Shown here in pieces: positions 30,678-40,065 of a stretch of 64,000 nt of DNA. The first letter of the stretch is position 1. Every line of letters starts with the position of its first letter. Source of the stretch: Nanohaloarchaea archaeon B1-Br10_U2g21. Its GTDB lineage: Archaea > Nanohalarchaeota > Nanosalinia > Nanosalinales > Nanosalinaceae. The DNA is taken from the NCBI GenBank assembly GCA_001563915.1, contig LKMP01000001.1:48604-112603 (forward strand). Reading direction: 5' to 3'. The notes under the pieces were generated by a model. The model saw nothing but the letters and a program-made list of their open reading frames with translations, made no database searches and was not told the origin of the DNA. The position numbers and the translations under genes were made by a program.

Positions 30678-31315
30678 TAGAACATGTAATAGCTAATATA
30701 GAAGTCTATGGTCCGGTAGCAGTCATACTATGGATGTTTCTTGAAGAATTTATTCCGATTCCCTCAGCTGTAGCACCTATGGCCGCAGGCTTCATACTTA
30801 TACCTGCAAACGAGCCATTACAGGCTTTCTTAATGGTATTTTTATTTATTGCCGTGGTTGGTTCAGCGGCTTCAGTCCTCAGCTCTTATGTTCTTTACGG
30901 TCTCGGTTTTTATGGCGGCAAACCTGTTTTAGAACGAATAGGAAAGTATTTCAGCATTACTTGGCCTCAAATAAAGGCATTTGAAACCCATTTTACATCT
31001 GACAGAGAACATCTATATCTTATGATTTTCAGAGCTATTCCATTAATTCCTCTTTCAGTTATCTCAGCATCAGCAGGATTTTTCCGAATAGATTGGAAGA
31101 CGTATGGAATATGGAGTTTTATAGGAATGATTCCTAGAAATCTATCTTTAGGCATGATAGGCTGGTATCTCAGAGATGACTTTGCCTCAGCCGCTATAAT
31201 TCTTGGAAAAATTTCTACAGTAGCATTTGTTCTAATGGCTACTGCAGCAAGTGTTTATTTTTTCTATAACAGGCATAAATTTGCAGAGAAAGGTAAAGGA
31301 ATGCTGATGGCATAA
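30674..31315 (+). CDS. DedA family membrane protein (probable CTG start)
   Basis: YG.....MFLEE..PIPS, FRAIP..P...IS..AG; frame open from CTG 30674. Confidence 0.85.
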   Translation: MIEHVIANIEVYGPVAVILWMFLEEFIPIPSAVAPMAAGFILIPANEPLQAFLMVFLFIAVVGSAASVLSSYVLYGLGFYGGKPVLERIGKYFSITWPQIKAFETHFTSDREHLYLMIFRAIPLIPLSVISASAGFFRIDWKTYGIWSFIGMIPRNLSLGMIGWYLRDDFASAAIILGKISTVAFVLMATAASVYFFYNRHKFAEKGKGMLMA

Positions 31316-31351
31316 AACTCTGATAAAAATGGATGTGAAAATTTCTAGATA

Positions 31352-31885
31352 ATGACTGAACTAAGAAAATTTATTGAAGAATATCTAGATTTTTATTCTG
31401 AAACACAGGGTCTGCTCCCGGAAGTGCTAGAAAATTATAGGGCTAAATTTTCTAAACAAGGATTTTTAGAGAGACAGGATCTATATGACCTTGCATATGA
31501 GTCTTCAACTCGTAGTGCACATCACGTCAATCGTAACTCAAAAGAACTTTGTCGAGAAGTTACGTTAAATCTTTACAATATTGAAGGAGATTTTTCTCAG
31601 ATAGCTATTTTAACAGCGCTTAAAGGATTCAAAGCTCCTACTGCTTCAGTAATATTAGCCGTAAAAAATCCTGAACGACATGCAGTTGTGGATACAAGAG
31701 TGTGGGCATCATTAGAAAGACTGAACTATCTTAACGGAAGAAGGGAAACTTTTGGCCCAAGACATTATGTAAAAATGATTGAGCCTATCAGAGAGATCTC
31801 CAAAAAAACAGGTTATACTACAGAAGAAGTAGGTTATGCTCTTTTCGCATATGATGTTGATAAAAGAAAAGGAACATTACATTAA
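31352..31885 (+). CDS. hypothetical protein with HhH-GPD glycosylase-like motif
   Basis: LTALKGFKAPTASVIL (HhH-like) followed by VVDTRV. Confidence 0.6.
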   Translation: MTELRKFIEEYLDFYSETQGLLPEVLENYRAKFSKQGFLERQDLYDLAYESSTRSAHHVNRNSKELCREVTLNLYNIEGDFSQIAILTALKGFKAPTASVILAVKNPERHAVVDTRVWASLERLNYLNGRRETFGPRHYVKMIEPIREISKKTGYTTEEVGYALFAYDVDKRKGTLH

Positions 31886-32911
31886 GTTCTTAAGCAGGAT
31901 TTTTTCTTTCTTTAAATTCCACATATAGGCCTTACGTACAATGTCTTTACAGTATCTAAACACAAGGCTTTTACGTGAGTTTCCATTTCGTATAAACATC
32001 CCTGTCCTACCTAAAGATATCAGAAATCCAGGAGAAAACTCGCCAACAAGCTCAAGATTTTCATAATCTTCTTTAGAAATATTTTTTGCGGCTACTTTGG
32101 CTTCTTTCAAAGACTGGTGAGCAGAATTTCCTTCTCTGTTATTACACATGCCAATACCGAAAATATTGTCATATTCTATAGAACATAGGCCTTTATTGAC
32201 TTTCAAACCTTCAGAACCAAAAGATTCTCTAATAACTTCTACGGGTTCTACTCCGCCACACCATACAATTCTGTCAAAGGTAAGGTGAGGTCCATCAACA
32301 AACTCTGCAATGCCATTTTCAGAAACTGTTAACTCTTTACCTCCTGTAAAACCAATCTCGTAACGGTTAAGATAATCTAAAACTTTTAGTGATACGTTTT
32401 CTGAAAAACTTGGTAAGGGCCGAGTCATAGAGTCATAAATGTGGACGTCTAGTCCTTTAGCTTCGAGTTCTGCAGCATATTCGATACCTGTATAGCCAGA
32501 ACCAATAATAGCTACCGATCCTTTAGTATTTGCTAATTTAAAGGATTCATCAATAGAATAAGGATGTATAATATCTTCACTATCAATTTTTGTCTTTGGA
32601 GATCCTCCAAGTGCTAAAACAAGATAATCGTACTCAATTTCTCCCTTTTCAAGCTCAACAATAGATTCTTTGGGCCTAAAACCTGTGATTTCTTCTCTTG
32701 ATGTCTTTATAGTTGTCCCTGAAAACAGTTTTTCAACATCAATTGTTAAGTCATCTTTACTTACTCTCTTACGAACTAAGTCTATTAAGCCTGGCTTGTA
32801 AACGTGTTCAAGATCTTTATCAACGATTTCGACATCAAATCCCTTTCTATGAAGGTCTATAGCTGCTCTAATTCCTCCGAAACCGGATCCAGCAACTAAA
32901 ACTTTCTCCAT
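31877..32911 (-). CDS. FAD-dependent oxidoreductase, NDH-2/SQR family
   Basis: VAGSGFGG, YDYLVLALG, IIGSGYTGIE. Confidence 0.85.
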   Translation of the reverse strand: MEKVLVAGSGFGGIRAAIDLHRKGFDVEIVDKDLEHVYKPGLIDLVRKRVSKDDLTIDVEKLFSGTTIKTSREEITGFRPKESIVELEKGEIEYDYLVLALGGSPKTKIDSEDIIHPYSIDESFKLANTKGSVAIIGSGYTGIEYAAELEAKGLDVHIYDSMTRPLPSFSENVSLKVLDYLNRYEIGFTGGKELTVSENGIAEFVDGPHLTFDRIVWCGGVEPVEVIRESFGSEGLKVNKGLCSIEYDNIFGIGMCNNREGNSAHQSLKEAKVAAKNISKEDYENLELVGEFSPGFLISLGRTGMFIRNGNSRKSLVFRYCKDIVRKAYMWNLKKEKILLKNLM

Positions 32912-32912
32912 A

Positions 32913-33425
32913 TTAATCTACAAAATTGAAACCATGTTGCACATGTTTAGAAACAGGTTTTTTACCTTCATAGCTCTCTGAAAGCTCATGGAATAGGCCT
33001 TCAAAATTAGCAGGAACGCGATGTTCTACAGCTCTTCCTAACCCTAAGAAGAAGTCATGTACAAGCATTTCGGATATTGTCGCCACGCCTTCAGCGTTGA
33101 AGTATGATTTACAATAATTTTCAAGGAATGTCCCAAAATGTACAGGCACATCAGGATTAAATCCTAACTCTGATACCCAAAGATTTCTCCAAACATCAAT
33201 AAGATAAGAATAATTCACATCATACAGCTGAGGGTCAGTATTTTCAACCGCATATAAAAAACCGGCACTATTTAAATTTTCAATAATTTCTTGGGCTTGA
33301 TTTTCGTCAAAACCTGCTTTCAAATTTAACTGAGTGGCATAACTGCCACCATCGCTCAAATGGATTTGTCTCAAGATTTTATATGGCAAGGGCCTCTCCA
33401 AGATATTCTCTTCATCATAATCCAT
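32913..33425 (-). CDS. hypothetical protein, probable N-terminal winged helix
   Basis: YKILRQI..GSYATQL....IIENLNSAGFL. Confidence 0.65.
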   Translation of the reverse strand: MDYDEENILERPLPYKILRQIHLSDGGSYATQLNLKAGFDENQAQEIIENLNSAGFLYAVENTDPQLYDVNYSYLIDVWRNLWVSELGFNPDVPVHFGTFLENYCKSYFNAEGVATISEMLVHDFFLGLGRAVEHRVPANFEGLFHELSESYEGKKPVSKHVQHGFNFVD

Positions 33426-33517
33426 TGTAACTAAAAATTACAAGCGCCGACTTAATACGTTTACCCTTTAATCCTTATACCAAAGCGCATTTCAACTTTA
33501 GTACCTAAAATCTGAAT

Positions 33518-34177
33518 ATGTTAAAAGAAGAAGAAGTGTCTCAGCTTAGAACTAAGCTTCGAGAAGTATTTTCTGATTACATAGAGCTTGCAGGCGGTAA
33601 AGACTATCGGTATTTCCACCTTGTCAGCGCACATAAATATGCTAAAAAACTGATGGAGACTGAAGAAATCTCAGAATTAGAGTTTGATGTTAAAGTTGTA
33701 GAGGTAGCAGTATTGTTTCACGATATAGGAAGGTCCTTGGACATAAATGATGGGTATATGGACCCTTTTGAAGGCAATAAAGGTCATGATGAGAGAGGAG
33801 CAGAAATAGTATCTGACTATGTAAAAGATTATCTCTCCCAAGCTCAGATGAAAAAAGTTGAGAAAATTATACTCAATCACCATTCAAAACCTCGGACAGT
33901 TGAAGGCAAAATAGTTCAGGATGCTGATGAATTATTCAAGTTTGGAGTTCATGACTTTTGGAGAATGTTCCATTATTCTGCTAAAAAACAGAGAACAATG
34001 CCCGAAATGATAGAGTACTTTCATGGAACAGCAGTTGAAGAATTAGAGGAGCGGCTTGAAGAATTCCATTTTAGAGTGTCAAGAAGAACAGCAGAACAAA
34101 GAATGCAGAACGAAAAAATGTACTTAGAAAGATTTGAAGCTGAACTAGAAGGGGAAGATATTCTAGAAGTCGGTTAG
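33518..34177 (+). CDS. HD domain phosphohydrolase
   Basis: H...LFHDIGR, H..GA, HH, VQDADEL. Confidence 0.88.
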   Translation: MLKEEEVSQLRTKLREVFSDYIELAGGKDYRYFHLVSAHKYAKKLMETEEISELEFDVKVVEVAVLFHDIGRSLDINDGYMDPFEGNKGHDERGAEIVSDYVKDYLSQAQMKKVEKIILNHHSKPRTVEGKIVQDADELFKFGVHDFWRMFHYSAKKQRTMPEMIEYFHGTAVEELEERLEEFHFRVSRRTAEQRMQNEKMYLERFEAELEGEDILEVG

Positions 34178-35128
34178 AGATGTCTGATTTGTCTTTAGAG
34201 ATCTTGCATTAAAACCTTCTTCACGCTTTAGATAAGAAGCAAACTCTGCGTCAAAGCCGTGGTGAGTATAGACTTTTTCAGGATTTACATCTCTAACTAG
34301 ATTAACTAATTCACCAAAGTCACAGTGATCGCTAAAGGGAAAGCTTTTATCGTAACGTCCGTAACCGTAAGCTCCTGTTATGCACCATCCGGAAAAACCG
34401 GCTTTTAATCCATTAGAATTTTTTACTAAGTTGTTTAAAAAATCTTTATTAGAAAAACTTGTGGGCCCTACAAAAATTCCTTCTCCACTTTTCAAAAGAT
34501 TTTTGTTCTCTTTGTAAGGTTTTACATTAAATTCCAGGCTAGTATGTTTCTCAATTATGTCGTTCATTTTTTTTACCGAACCATGAACAATTAGGGGTCT
34601 GTTAACAGCTTTTTTTACTAGATACTGGATTTTTTGAGCTTTTCCTAGAGAATAGGCTGATAAATAAAGAGGTCTATTTTTGTTGTCTTGAATCCAGTCG
34701 ATTATTTCGCGCTCAATCTCTTTTTGATCAGGAAATAGATAGGGTGGGAGTCCATAAGTTGATTCTGTGATTAGTATATCAGCTTTAACAGGTTTAAAAC
34801 CTTTTATATATGCTCTGTCTCTAGTTGAGACGTCTCCTGTATAAAGTACTCTCTTTCCATCGGTTTTAATCAATGCCGCGGAAGATCCTAGGATATGGCC
34901 TGAGTCTAGTAACCTGACATTAGAATGTTTGACAGTTTCTATTTTTATTCCGGTTCTAGCCTCAGCTAACTTTGCCGTCAAATCTGAACATATGACTGGA
35001 TTTGGAGCCTTATGCACGTGATCCATATGAGCATGGCTGACAATATTCGCATCGCCTTTTTCTTTCCGAGAATCAGCAATAAAGTTTTTTTCCCGTCCGA
35101 TATGGATTCCGTCCTTCTGCTTTATCAC
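34163..35128 (-). CDS. MBL-fold beta-CASP nuclease (ligase-associated exonuclease-like)
   Basis: SHAHMDH, GHILGS, YTGD, ESTYG, YSLGKAQ, FSDHCD, THHG. Confidence 0.88.
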   Translation of the reverse strand: MIKQKDGIHIGREKNFIADSRKEKGDANIVSHAHMDHVHKAPNPVICSDLTAKLAEARTGIKIETVKHSNVRLLDSGHILGSSAALIKTDGKRVLYTGDVSTRDRAYIKGFKPVKADILITESTYGLPPYLFPDQKEIEREIIDWIQDNKNRPLYLSAYSLGKAQKIQYLVKKAVNRPLIVHGSVKKMNDIIEKHTSLEFNVKPYKENKNLLKSGEGIFVGPTSFSNKDFLNNLVKNSNGLKAGFSGWCITGAYGYGRYDKSFPFSDHCDFGELVNLVRDVNPEKVYTHHGFDAEFASYLKREEGFNARSLKTNQTSLTDF

Positions 35129-35207
35129 AGCCTAGAAGTTGATAAGTAGCTTTTTTTACCTGCTTCATATAAAAAAATAGTTTACTACTTCAAGGATAGA
35201 GAGCTGA

Positions 35208-35441
35208 GGGGGTGTAGCTCAGTTTGGGAGAGCGACCGCCTCCAGTAACTGCAGCCAGTGGTTAACAGTGACTGACATTATCCAAAGTGTCTCTGTTAGA
35301 GCTGACTGATCTGGAGGGATGAGGCATTAAAGCCGATGATTAAACCTTTAGAGACATTCTTAGAATGTCTCGTGATAACTAAACTCTTAGGAGTTTGTTG
35401 GAGATAGCGGTAGGTCGCAGGTTCAAATCCTGTCGCCCCCA
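35208..35441 (+). tRNA. trnW: tRNA-Trp(CCA) with 160-nt intron at 37/38
   Basis: Acceptor GGGGGTG/CGCCCCC, D arm GCTC/GAGC, anticodon stem ACCGC/GCGGT with CCA at 35242-35244, T loop TTCAAAT; bulge-helix-bulge CTCC-AG^T / GGAG-AT^A. Confidence 0.95.
35246..35405 (+). ncRNA. tRNA-Trp intron encoding a box C/D guide RNA (Cm34)
   Basis: Guide TCTGGAGG (35310-35317) complementary to anticodon loop; D'-like ATGA 35319-35322 puts C34 at the fifth position; C'-like ATGATTA 35336-35342 closes a GGC/GCC stem. Confidence 0.75.
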
Positions 35442-35659
35442 TTTTCTCAGCTTTTTTGAAACTTCAAATTAGGCTGCCAATGTTCTCTCTTGATTTTGAA
35501 CAATTTAAGAAGAAAGTTTGAGTCATGTTAGAAGAGGATAGTAAGATATCTTTTCTAGAGGTCTCAAGCATTCTTTAGTGTATTGGGCGTTGTTTTAGGG
35601 TGTAGTAGCTCCAAATTTGGGCCTAATTTTGCGTGAGGTTTTAAAAGATTCTTAAGCAG

Positions 35660-36400
35660 ATGATAGATATGAGCCAAGACATCGATTTGGATGCTACTGT
35701 GGATGATGTAAAGAAGCAGGTCAGGGATGCAGAAAACCCTGATTTCGAGGCTCTTCTTGAGGCTGAAGAAGCCGGCAAGGACAGGAAAACGGTCAAAGAC
35801 TTCCTACAGAGTAAAATTGATAGTGAAGAAGTGGAAGTAGAGGACGTCGAAGATGACATAGTAGAGCAGATAGAAGAAGATACCCGTGGAGGCCTATTAG
35901 GAGGTTTCTCACGTGAAGCTTTACTTGCTGCAGGACTAGCAGGAGGCCTATTAGTGGGCTTGATGTTTGGTCTTGTGATTGATTTCTATCAGGCTGATGC
36001 AGAAATTTCTTCTAGTGAAGCACAGGATAGAGTTGAGAGTATTGTAGAGCTTCAGGCAGAAGAATATGAGTTCACTGAAGATCCAGAGATCAGAAGTGGG
36101 ATGTACTATGTGCCTATGGAACTGACTCAGACCTTTGAAGAAGGTAATGAGACTCAGACTGAAGATTTCGAACAGGCCTTTTACTTGACTACTGATGGAG
36201 TTTACTTGTTCCCAGAACAACAAGACTTCACAGGACAGGTAATCTCGCCTATTGATATCGACGCTGAGCTTGAGATGATGGAGCAGCAACCTGCGCCAGA
36301 AGAAATGCCTGAAGAAGGCGAAGTACCTGAAGAAGGAGCACAAGAAGAACTTCCTGATGACCTTGAAGAAGAGCTTGAAGGCGAAATAGAAGTAGAATAG
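35660..36400 (+). CDS. acidic single-pass membrane protein
   Basis: N-terminal small helical domain (ALLEAEEAGKDRKTV), one TM helix, E-rich tail. Confidence 0.75.
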   Translation: MIDMSQDIDLDATVDDVKKQVRDAENPDFEALLEAEEAGKDRKTVKDFLQSKIDSEEVEVEDVEDDIVEQIEEDTRGGLLGGFSREALLAAGLAGGLLVGLMFGLVIDFYQADAEISSSEAQDRVESIVELQAEEYEFTEDPEIRSGMYYVPMELTQTFEEGNETQTEDFEQAFYLTTDGVYLFPEQQDFTGQVISPIDIDAELEMMEQQPAPEEMPEEGEVPEEGAQEELPDDLEEELEGEIEVE

Positions 36401-36500
36401 ATTCTGCTTTATTTCGCTGACAACTTATTTCTTTTTCTTTTTATTAAAAATCACAAAATGATTTAGGCTTGGAATTGAAAACTTGTATTAGGTGAATTAA

Positions 36501-37091
36501 ATGGAATTAATCGAATTACCTTACGAATACGATGCGCTTGAACCTTGGCTATCTGAACAAGTATTGACATGGCATCACGATACACACCATCAAGGCTATG
36601 TAGACGGATGGAATAAGGCTGAAGAAAAACTTGAGCAGCAAAGATCTGAAGGAGATTACTCTAGCACTGGAACTATACTCAGAAACTTTACACACAACTA
36701 CTGTGGAACTGTGCTACACAACAGATTCTGGAATAACCTTTCTCCAAACGGAGGAGGTAAGCCTGAAGGAAAGCTTTTAAAGAAAATTGAGGAGGACTTC
36801 GGAAGTTTTGAAAGATGGAGAGAAGAATTCAAGGCTGCTGCATCTGCAGCTGGAGGATGGGCTTTGCTTGTCTATATGCCAGTAACTGACGAGCTGCACA
36901 ATGTTGTAGTAGACAAACATGATCAAAACGCCGTATGGGGCGCACACCCTGTACTGGCCCTAGATGTCTGGGAACATAGCTACTATCACGATTATGGCCC
37001 TAACCGCGGAGAGTTTGTAGAGAATTTCTTCAAATATGTGGACTGGGAAGACGTTCAAAAAAAGTTTGATGAGATAAGTTCAAACTTCTAA
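36501..37091 (+). CDS. sod: Fe/Mn superoxide dismutase
   Basis: LPYEYDALEP, WHHDTHHQGYV, DVWEHSYY; AGGTGA SD. Confidence 0.97.
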   Translation: MELIELPYEYDALEPWLSEQVLTWHHDTHHQGYVDGWNKAEEKLEQQRSEGDYSSTGTILRNFTHNYCGTVLHNRFWNNLSPNGGGKPEGKLLKKIEEDFGSFERWREEFKAAASAAGGWALLVYMPVTDELHNVVVDKHDQNAVWGAHPVLALDVWEHSYYHDYGPNRGEFVENFFKYVDWEDVQKKFDEISSNF

Positions 37092-37158
37092 GCCTAAAAT
37101 TTCTTTTTCTTTCTTTTCTTTCCGAAATTATTTAACCAAGCTATCAGATTTGAATGGT

Positions 37159-37530
37159 ATGGAATACAAACCTGGAAGCTGTAATATAGGAATGCGGGAG
37201 AGAAGAAATCGAGCGGTTCTCGGAGCATCAGGCCTTCTAGCTGCATCACTCTTGGTAGGAGCCACAGTATACTTGCAGTTGCCTGAATACATCTATATTT
37301 TCAGCTTCATACCATTCTTCCTAGGCTTTGAAGGAGCACTTCAAGCGCTTTATGGGTTCTGCGCACACTATGGTCAAAAGGGAGTGTTCGAAAAAGATGG
37401 TAATCTTGTGGAGATAGGAGATCCTGATCATTTAGAAGCCGACCACAAAATGGCGATGAAAATACATGCTTACTCTCTGATTTCAGCTGGAATAGCTACA
37501 ACAATAGTTTACGTAGCTTTGCAGATATAG
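37159..37530 (+). CDS. small membrane protein
   Basis: YKPGSCNIG..ERRNR, three TM segments, GFC motif. Confidence 0.75.
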   Translation: MEYKPGSCNIGMRERRNRAVLGASGLLAASLLVGATVYLQLPEYIYIFSFIPFFLGFEGALQALYGFCAHYGQKGVFEKDGNLVEIGDPDHLEADHKMAMKIHAYSLISAGIATTIVYVALQI

Positions 37531-37535
37531 TGAGC

Positions 37536-38396
37536 TCAAATCTTAACCCAGTAAGTATCTTTGCTTGTAGGTCTTACAATTCCATAAGGAACTAGTTCCT
37601 CTATTTTCTCTCTTTCTTCTGCAGATGTTGGTTCAAGTATTCTATCGCCTATTACTGAGTAAACTATTTCATTTCTGACATCAAACGCTGTACCTTCTTG
37701 CTCCCATTTATCTAGATAGTCGCCTAACAATGTATCAAACTTCTCTCTAGCTAGACAGGCTTCTTCAAGAGCTAATCTTTGCTCCGTAGGATTTCCGGGT
37801 AGTAAGGGTTCGTTCCTATTAACGCCGTCTACTTCTTTATTGATACAGTACTCTGTAAACTGTTCAATATCTAGGTTGTCATAAATTGGTTGTTTTCCTG
37901 TCCGTTCATATATGTCAAAATTTATTGTTGGATTATTGTTGAATTCTCGCTTAAAGTACTCAAATAGGGTTTTATAACCTTGTTCTGGAATCCATCTGTC
38001 TTCGTTTCGATAATTTGAGAAACTTGCTCTATCGAATCCTGTTAAACTCTCTATCAGCTCTTCATTAAGTGGATCAAACATTCTGCGTCCGAACAAAAAC
38101 TCTCTAAAATCAGAGTCAAGCTTGATCCTACCACTACCCCATCCATCTTCTTCAGGAACATCTATGTAATCTTCAGCATCATCAAACTGAAACCGCGGTT
38201 CAGATAAATGCACGACTTTTGTGAGATTTACTGCATGATCGAGATCCATCATATCTGCTCTACCGTTTAAATGGGCATAAAAGGTGCTTTGATCCATGTC
38301 AATGACATCTAGCATGTGATCTAGGGATTCAAAATACATGCTCGCAACATGCATCAGCTCCTCCTTACCATTGATATCTACTATTTCGTCGACCAC
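37536..38396 (-). CDS. hypothetical protein with HTH-like segments
   Basis: MDQSTFYAHLNG and FDRASFSNYRN resemble HTH recognition helices. Confidence 0.65.
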   Translation of the reverse strand: MVDEIVDINGKEELMHVASMYFESLDHMLDVIDMDQSTFYAHLNGRADMMDLDHAVNLTKVVHLSEPRFQFDDAEDYIDVPEEDGWGSGRIKLDSDFREFLFGRRMFDPLNEELIESLTGFDRASFSNYRNEDRWIPEQGYKTLFEYFKREFNNNPTINFDIYERTGKQPIYDNLDIEQFTEYCINKEVDGVNRNEPLLPGNPTEQRLALEEACLAREKFDTLLGDYLDKWEQEGTAFDVRNEIVYSVIGDRILEPTSAEEREKIEELVPYGIVRPTSKDTYWVKI

Positions 38397-38479
38397 AGTA
38401 AATGTGCTATCTTATAGTTATAAAATATTGTATGTGTTTTGCCCATAGCTCCTTATATCTTGCACTATAGCTCTAAAAC

Positions 38480-39037
38480 ATGAGAGACGTAATCATAATT
38501 GGAGGAGGTCTTGCAGGTCTACAGGCTGCCGTATTCACTGCAAAAGCAGGAGAAGAAACATTATTACTCGATACTGAGGAATCGCTAGTACTCAATACTG
38601 CAAATATCCAGAACCTGATAGGTTTTGATTCTGTAAGCGGACAAGAACTTTTGAGGAGCGGAAAAGAAAAACTAAGAGAATTTAATGGAGAAATAAAAAA
38701 CGAAGAAGTAACTGCTCTAGCAAGAACGGACTCAGGTCTTAAAGTAACCACGGATACTGGAGACTACGAAGCAGAGTACATTGTGCTGGCTTCGGCAGGG
38801 ATTCATGACTATGCAGAAGATCTCGTTGAGTTCGAAGAAGGAGTTGAAGGCCCTTACATGATGGAGAGGCATGTCAAGACGGATCAAGCAAACAAGGCGG
38901 CTAATAGAATTTATGCAGCAGGCCTAGCTAACACGTGGGAATATCAAAGTTCCGTGGCGATTGGTGAGGGCGCTAAAGCTGCGGTTAATTTACTCACGGA
39001 TAAATACGGCGAACCATATACAGACCATGATACTTAG
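38480..39037 (+). CDS. short FAD-dependent thioredoxin reductase-like oxidoreductase
   Basis: DVIIIGGGLAGL, IYAAG, Q..VAIGEGAKAA; lacks the NAD(P)H/CxxC domain. Confidence 0.85.
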   Translation: MRDVIIIGGGLAGLQAAVFTAKAGEETLLLDTEESLVLNTANIQNLIGFDSVSGQELLRSGKEKLREFNGEIKNEEVTALARTDSGLKVTTDTGDYEAEYIVLASAGIHDYAEDLVEFEEGVEGPYMMERHVKTDQANKAANRIYAAGLANTWEYQSSVAIGEGAKAAVNLLTDKYGEPYTDHDT

Positions 39038-39267
39038 GCAGAGTAAATTTCGTTTACTCTATAATAATCAATCACGCCATCATATTCAGTAAATCGCTCT
39101 ACTACATCTTCATCCTCTAACCGATTTAGAGCTTTTACTATTCCAATCCACGTCAAATCATTTTCAAGGCAATTATCAACTACCTGGTCTCGTGAACGCC
39201 ATCCTTCGCCGATTTCAGAAACAACTCTATTGTAGAAAGGTCCTAAACTTTTATCTTCAAGATCCAT
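39034..39267 (-). CDS. small hypothetical protein (wHTH-like)
   Basis: IVKALNRLEDEDVVER. Confidence 0.6.
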   Translation of the reverse strand: MDLEDKSLGPFYNRVVSEIGEGWRSRDQVVDNCLENDLTWIGIVKALNRLEDEDVVERFTEYDGVIDYYRVNEIYSA

Positions 39268-39281
39268 CCTATAAACACACG

Positions 39282-40031
39282 TTAAACTAGATTTTTATTA
39301 GCTTTACTTATCAAAGAATCTATTTTCTCAAGGCCCTTTACAAGGCGAGGCCCAGGCCTATTCAAGAGAGCATCATCTATAACGTACACGTTCCTGTTTT
39401 TTACAGCTTTTACACTTTGCCAATCGTCTCTAGAGTAAATCTTCGATGTGTCAATATTCTTTCCGGCACCACAGACATTCAAGAAAATAAATTCTGGGTT
39501 AAAGTCCTTTAACTTAGATAATTTAAATTCTTGGCTTCTACCTTCATCGATAAAGTACTTTCCATTTGCGTTTCTGATTAGATGAGGTATCCAATTGCCT
39601 GAAACCATTGGAGGATCCATCCACTCTTCACAGTAAATTCTTTTATGCCGTAAATCAAATTTTTTTATCTCTTTCTTCATGTCCGAAACTAAATCAAGAG
39701 CCTCAGATTCTTTATCGAACTTCTGCCCTATATCCAATATGCTTTCAAAAACTTCCTCTAGACTTCCAGGACAGACTTGAAAGACTTCAAAATCTTTTTT
39801 ATCGAGTTTCAAGGCCTGCTCATTTTGTAGCGGGTCACTAAGCAAAATGACATCGGGCTCAAGCTCATCAATCTTACTATAGTTAAGGCCTTGACTCCAA
39901 CCGCCCACACTAGGTTTTTCTACGGCATCTGGAGGATAATTGCAGAGAGAAGTCGTACCTACTATTGAATCTTCAAGACCCAGCTCATAAAGTATTTCAG
40001 TGTTTGAAGGTGCGCCTGAGACTATATTCAT
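39282..40031 (-). CDS. BtuF-like cobalamin-binding protein (helical backbone fold), no signal peptide
   Basis: IVSGAPSNTEILYELG, CNYP, EEWMDPP, RPGPRL; start reassigned to ATG 40031. Confidence 0.85.
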   Translation of the reverse strand: MNIVSGAPSNTEILYELGLEDSIVGTTSLCNYPPDAVEKPSVGGWSQGLNYSKIDELEPDVILLSDPLQNEQALKLDKKDFEVFQVCPGSLEEVFESILDIGQKFDKESEALDLVSDMKKEIKKFDLRHKRIYCEEWMDPPMVSGNWIPHLIRNANGKYFIDEGRSQEFKLSKLKDFNPEFIFLNVCGAGKNIDTSKIYSRDDWQSVKAVKNRNVYVIDDALLNRPGPRLVKGLEKIDSLISKANKNLV

Positions 40032-40065
40032 TACAGTTAACAAGTTTAGGTTTTGGTTATTAAGT

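Noticed and set aside
20063-35128. Lhr plus MBL exonuclease as a ligase-associated repair operon
   Set aside because: Genes are more than 11 kb apart, with no ligase or metallophosphoesterase in the window
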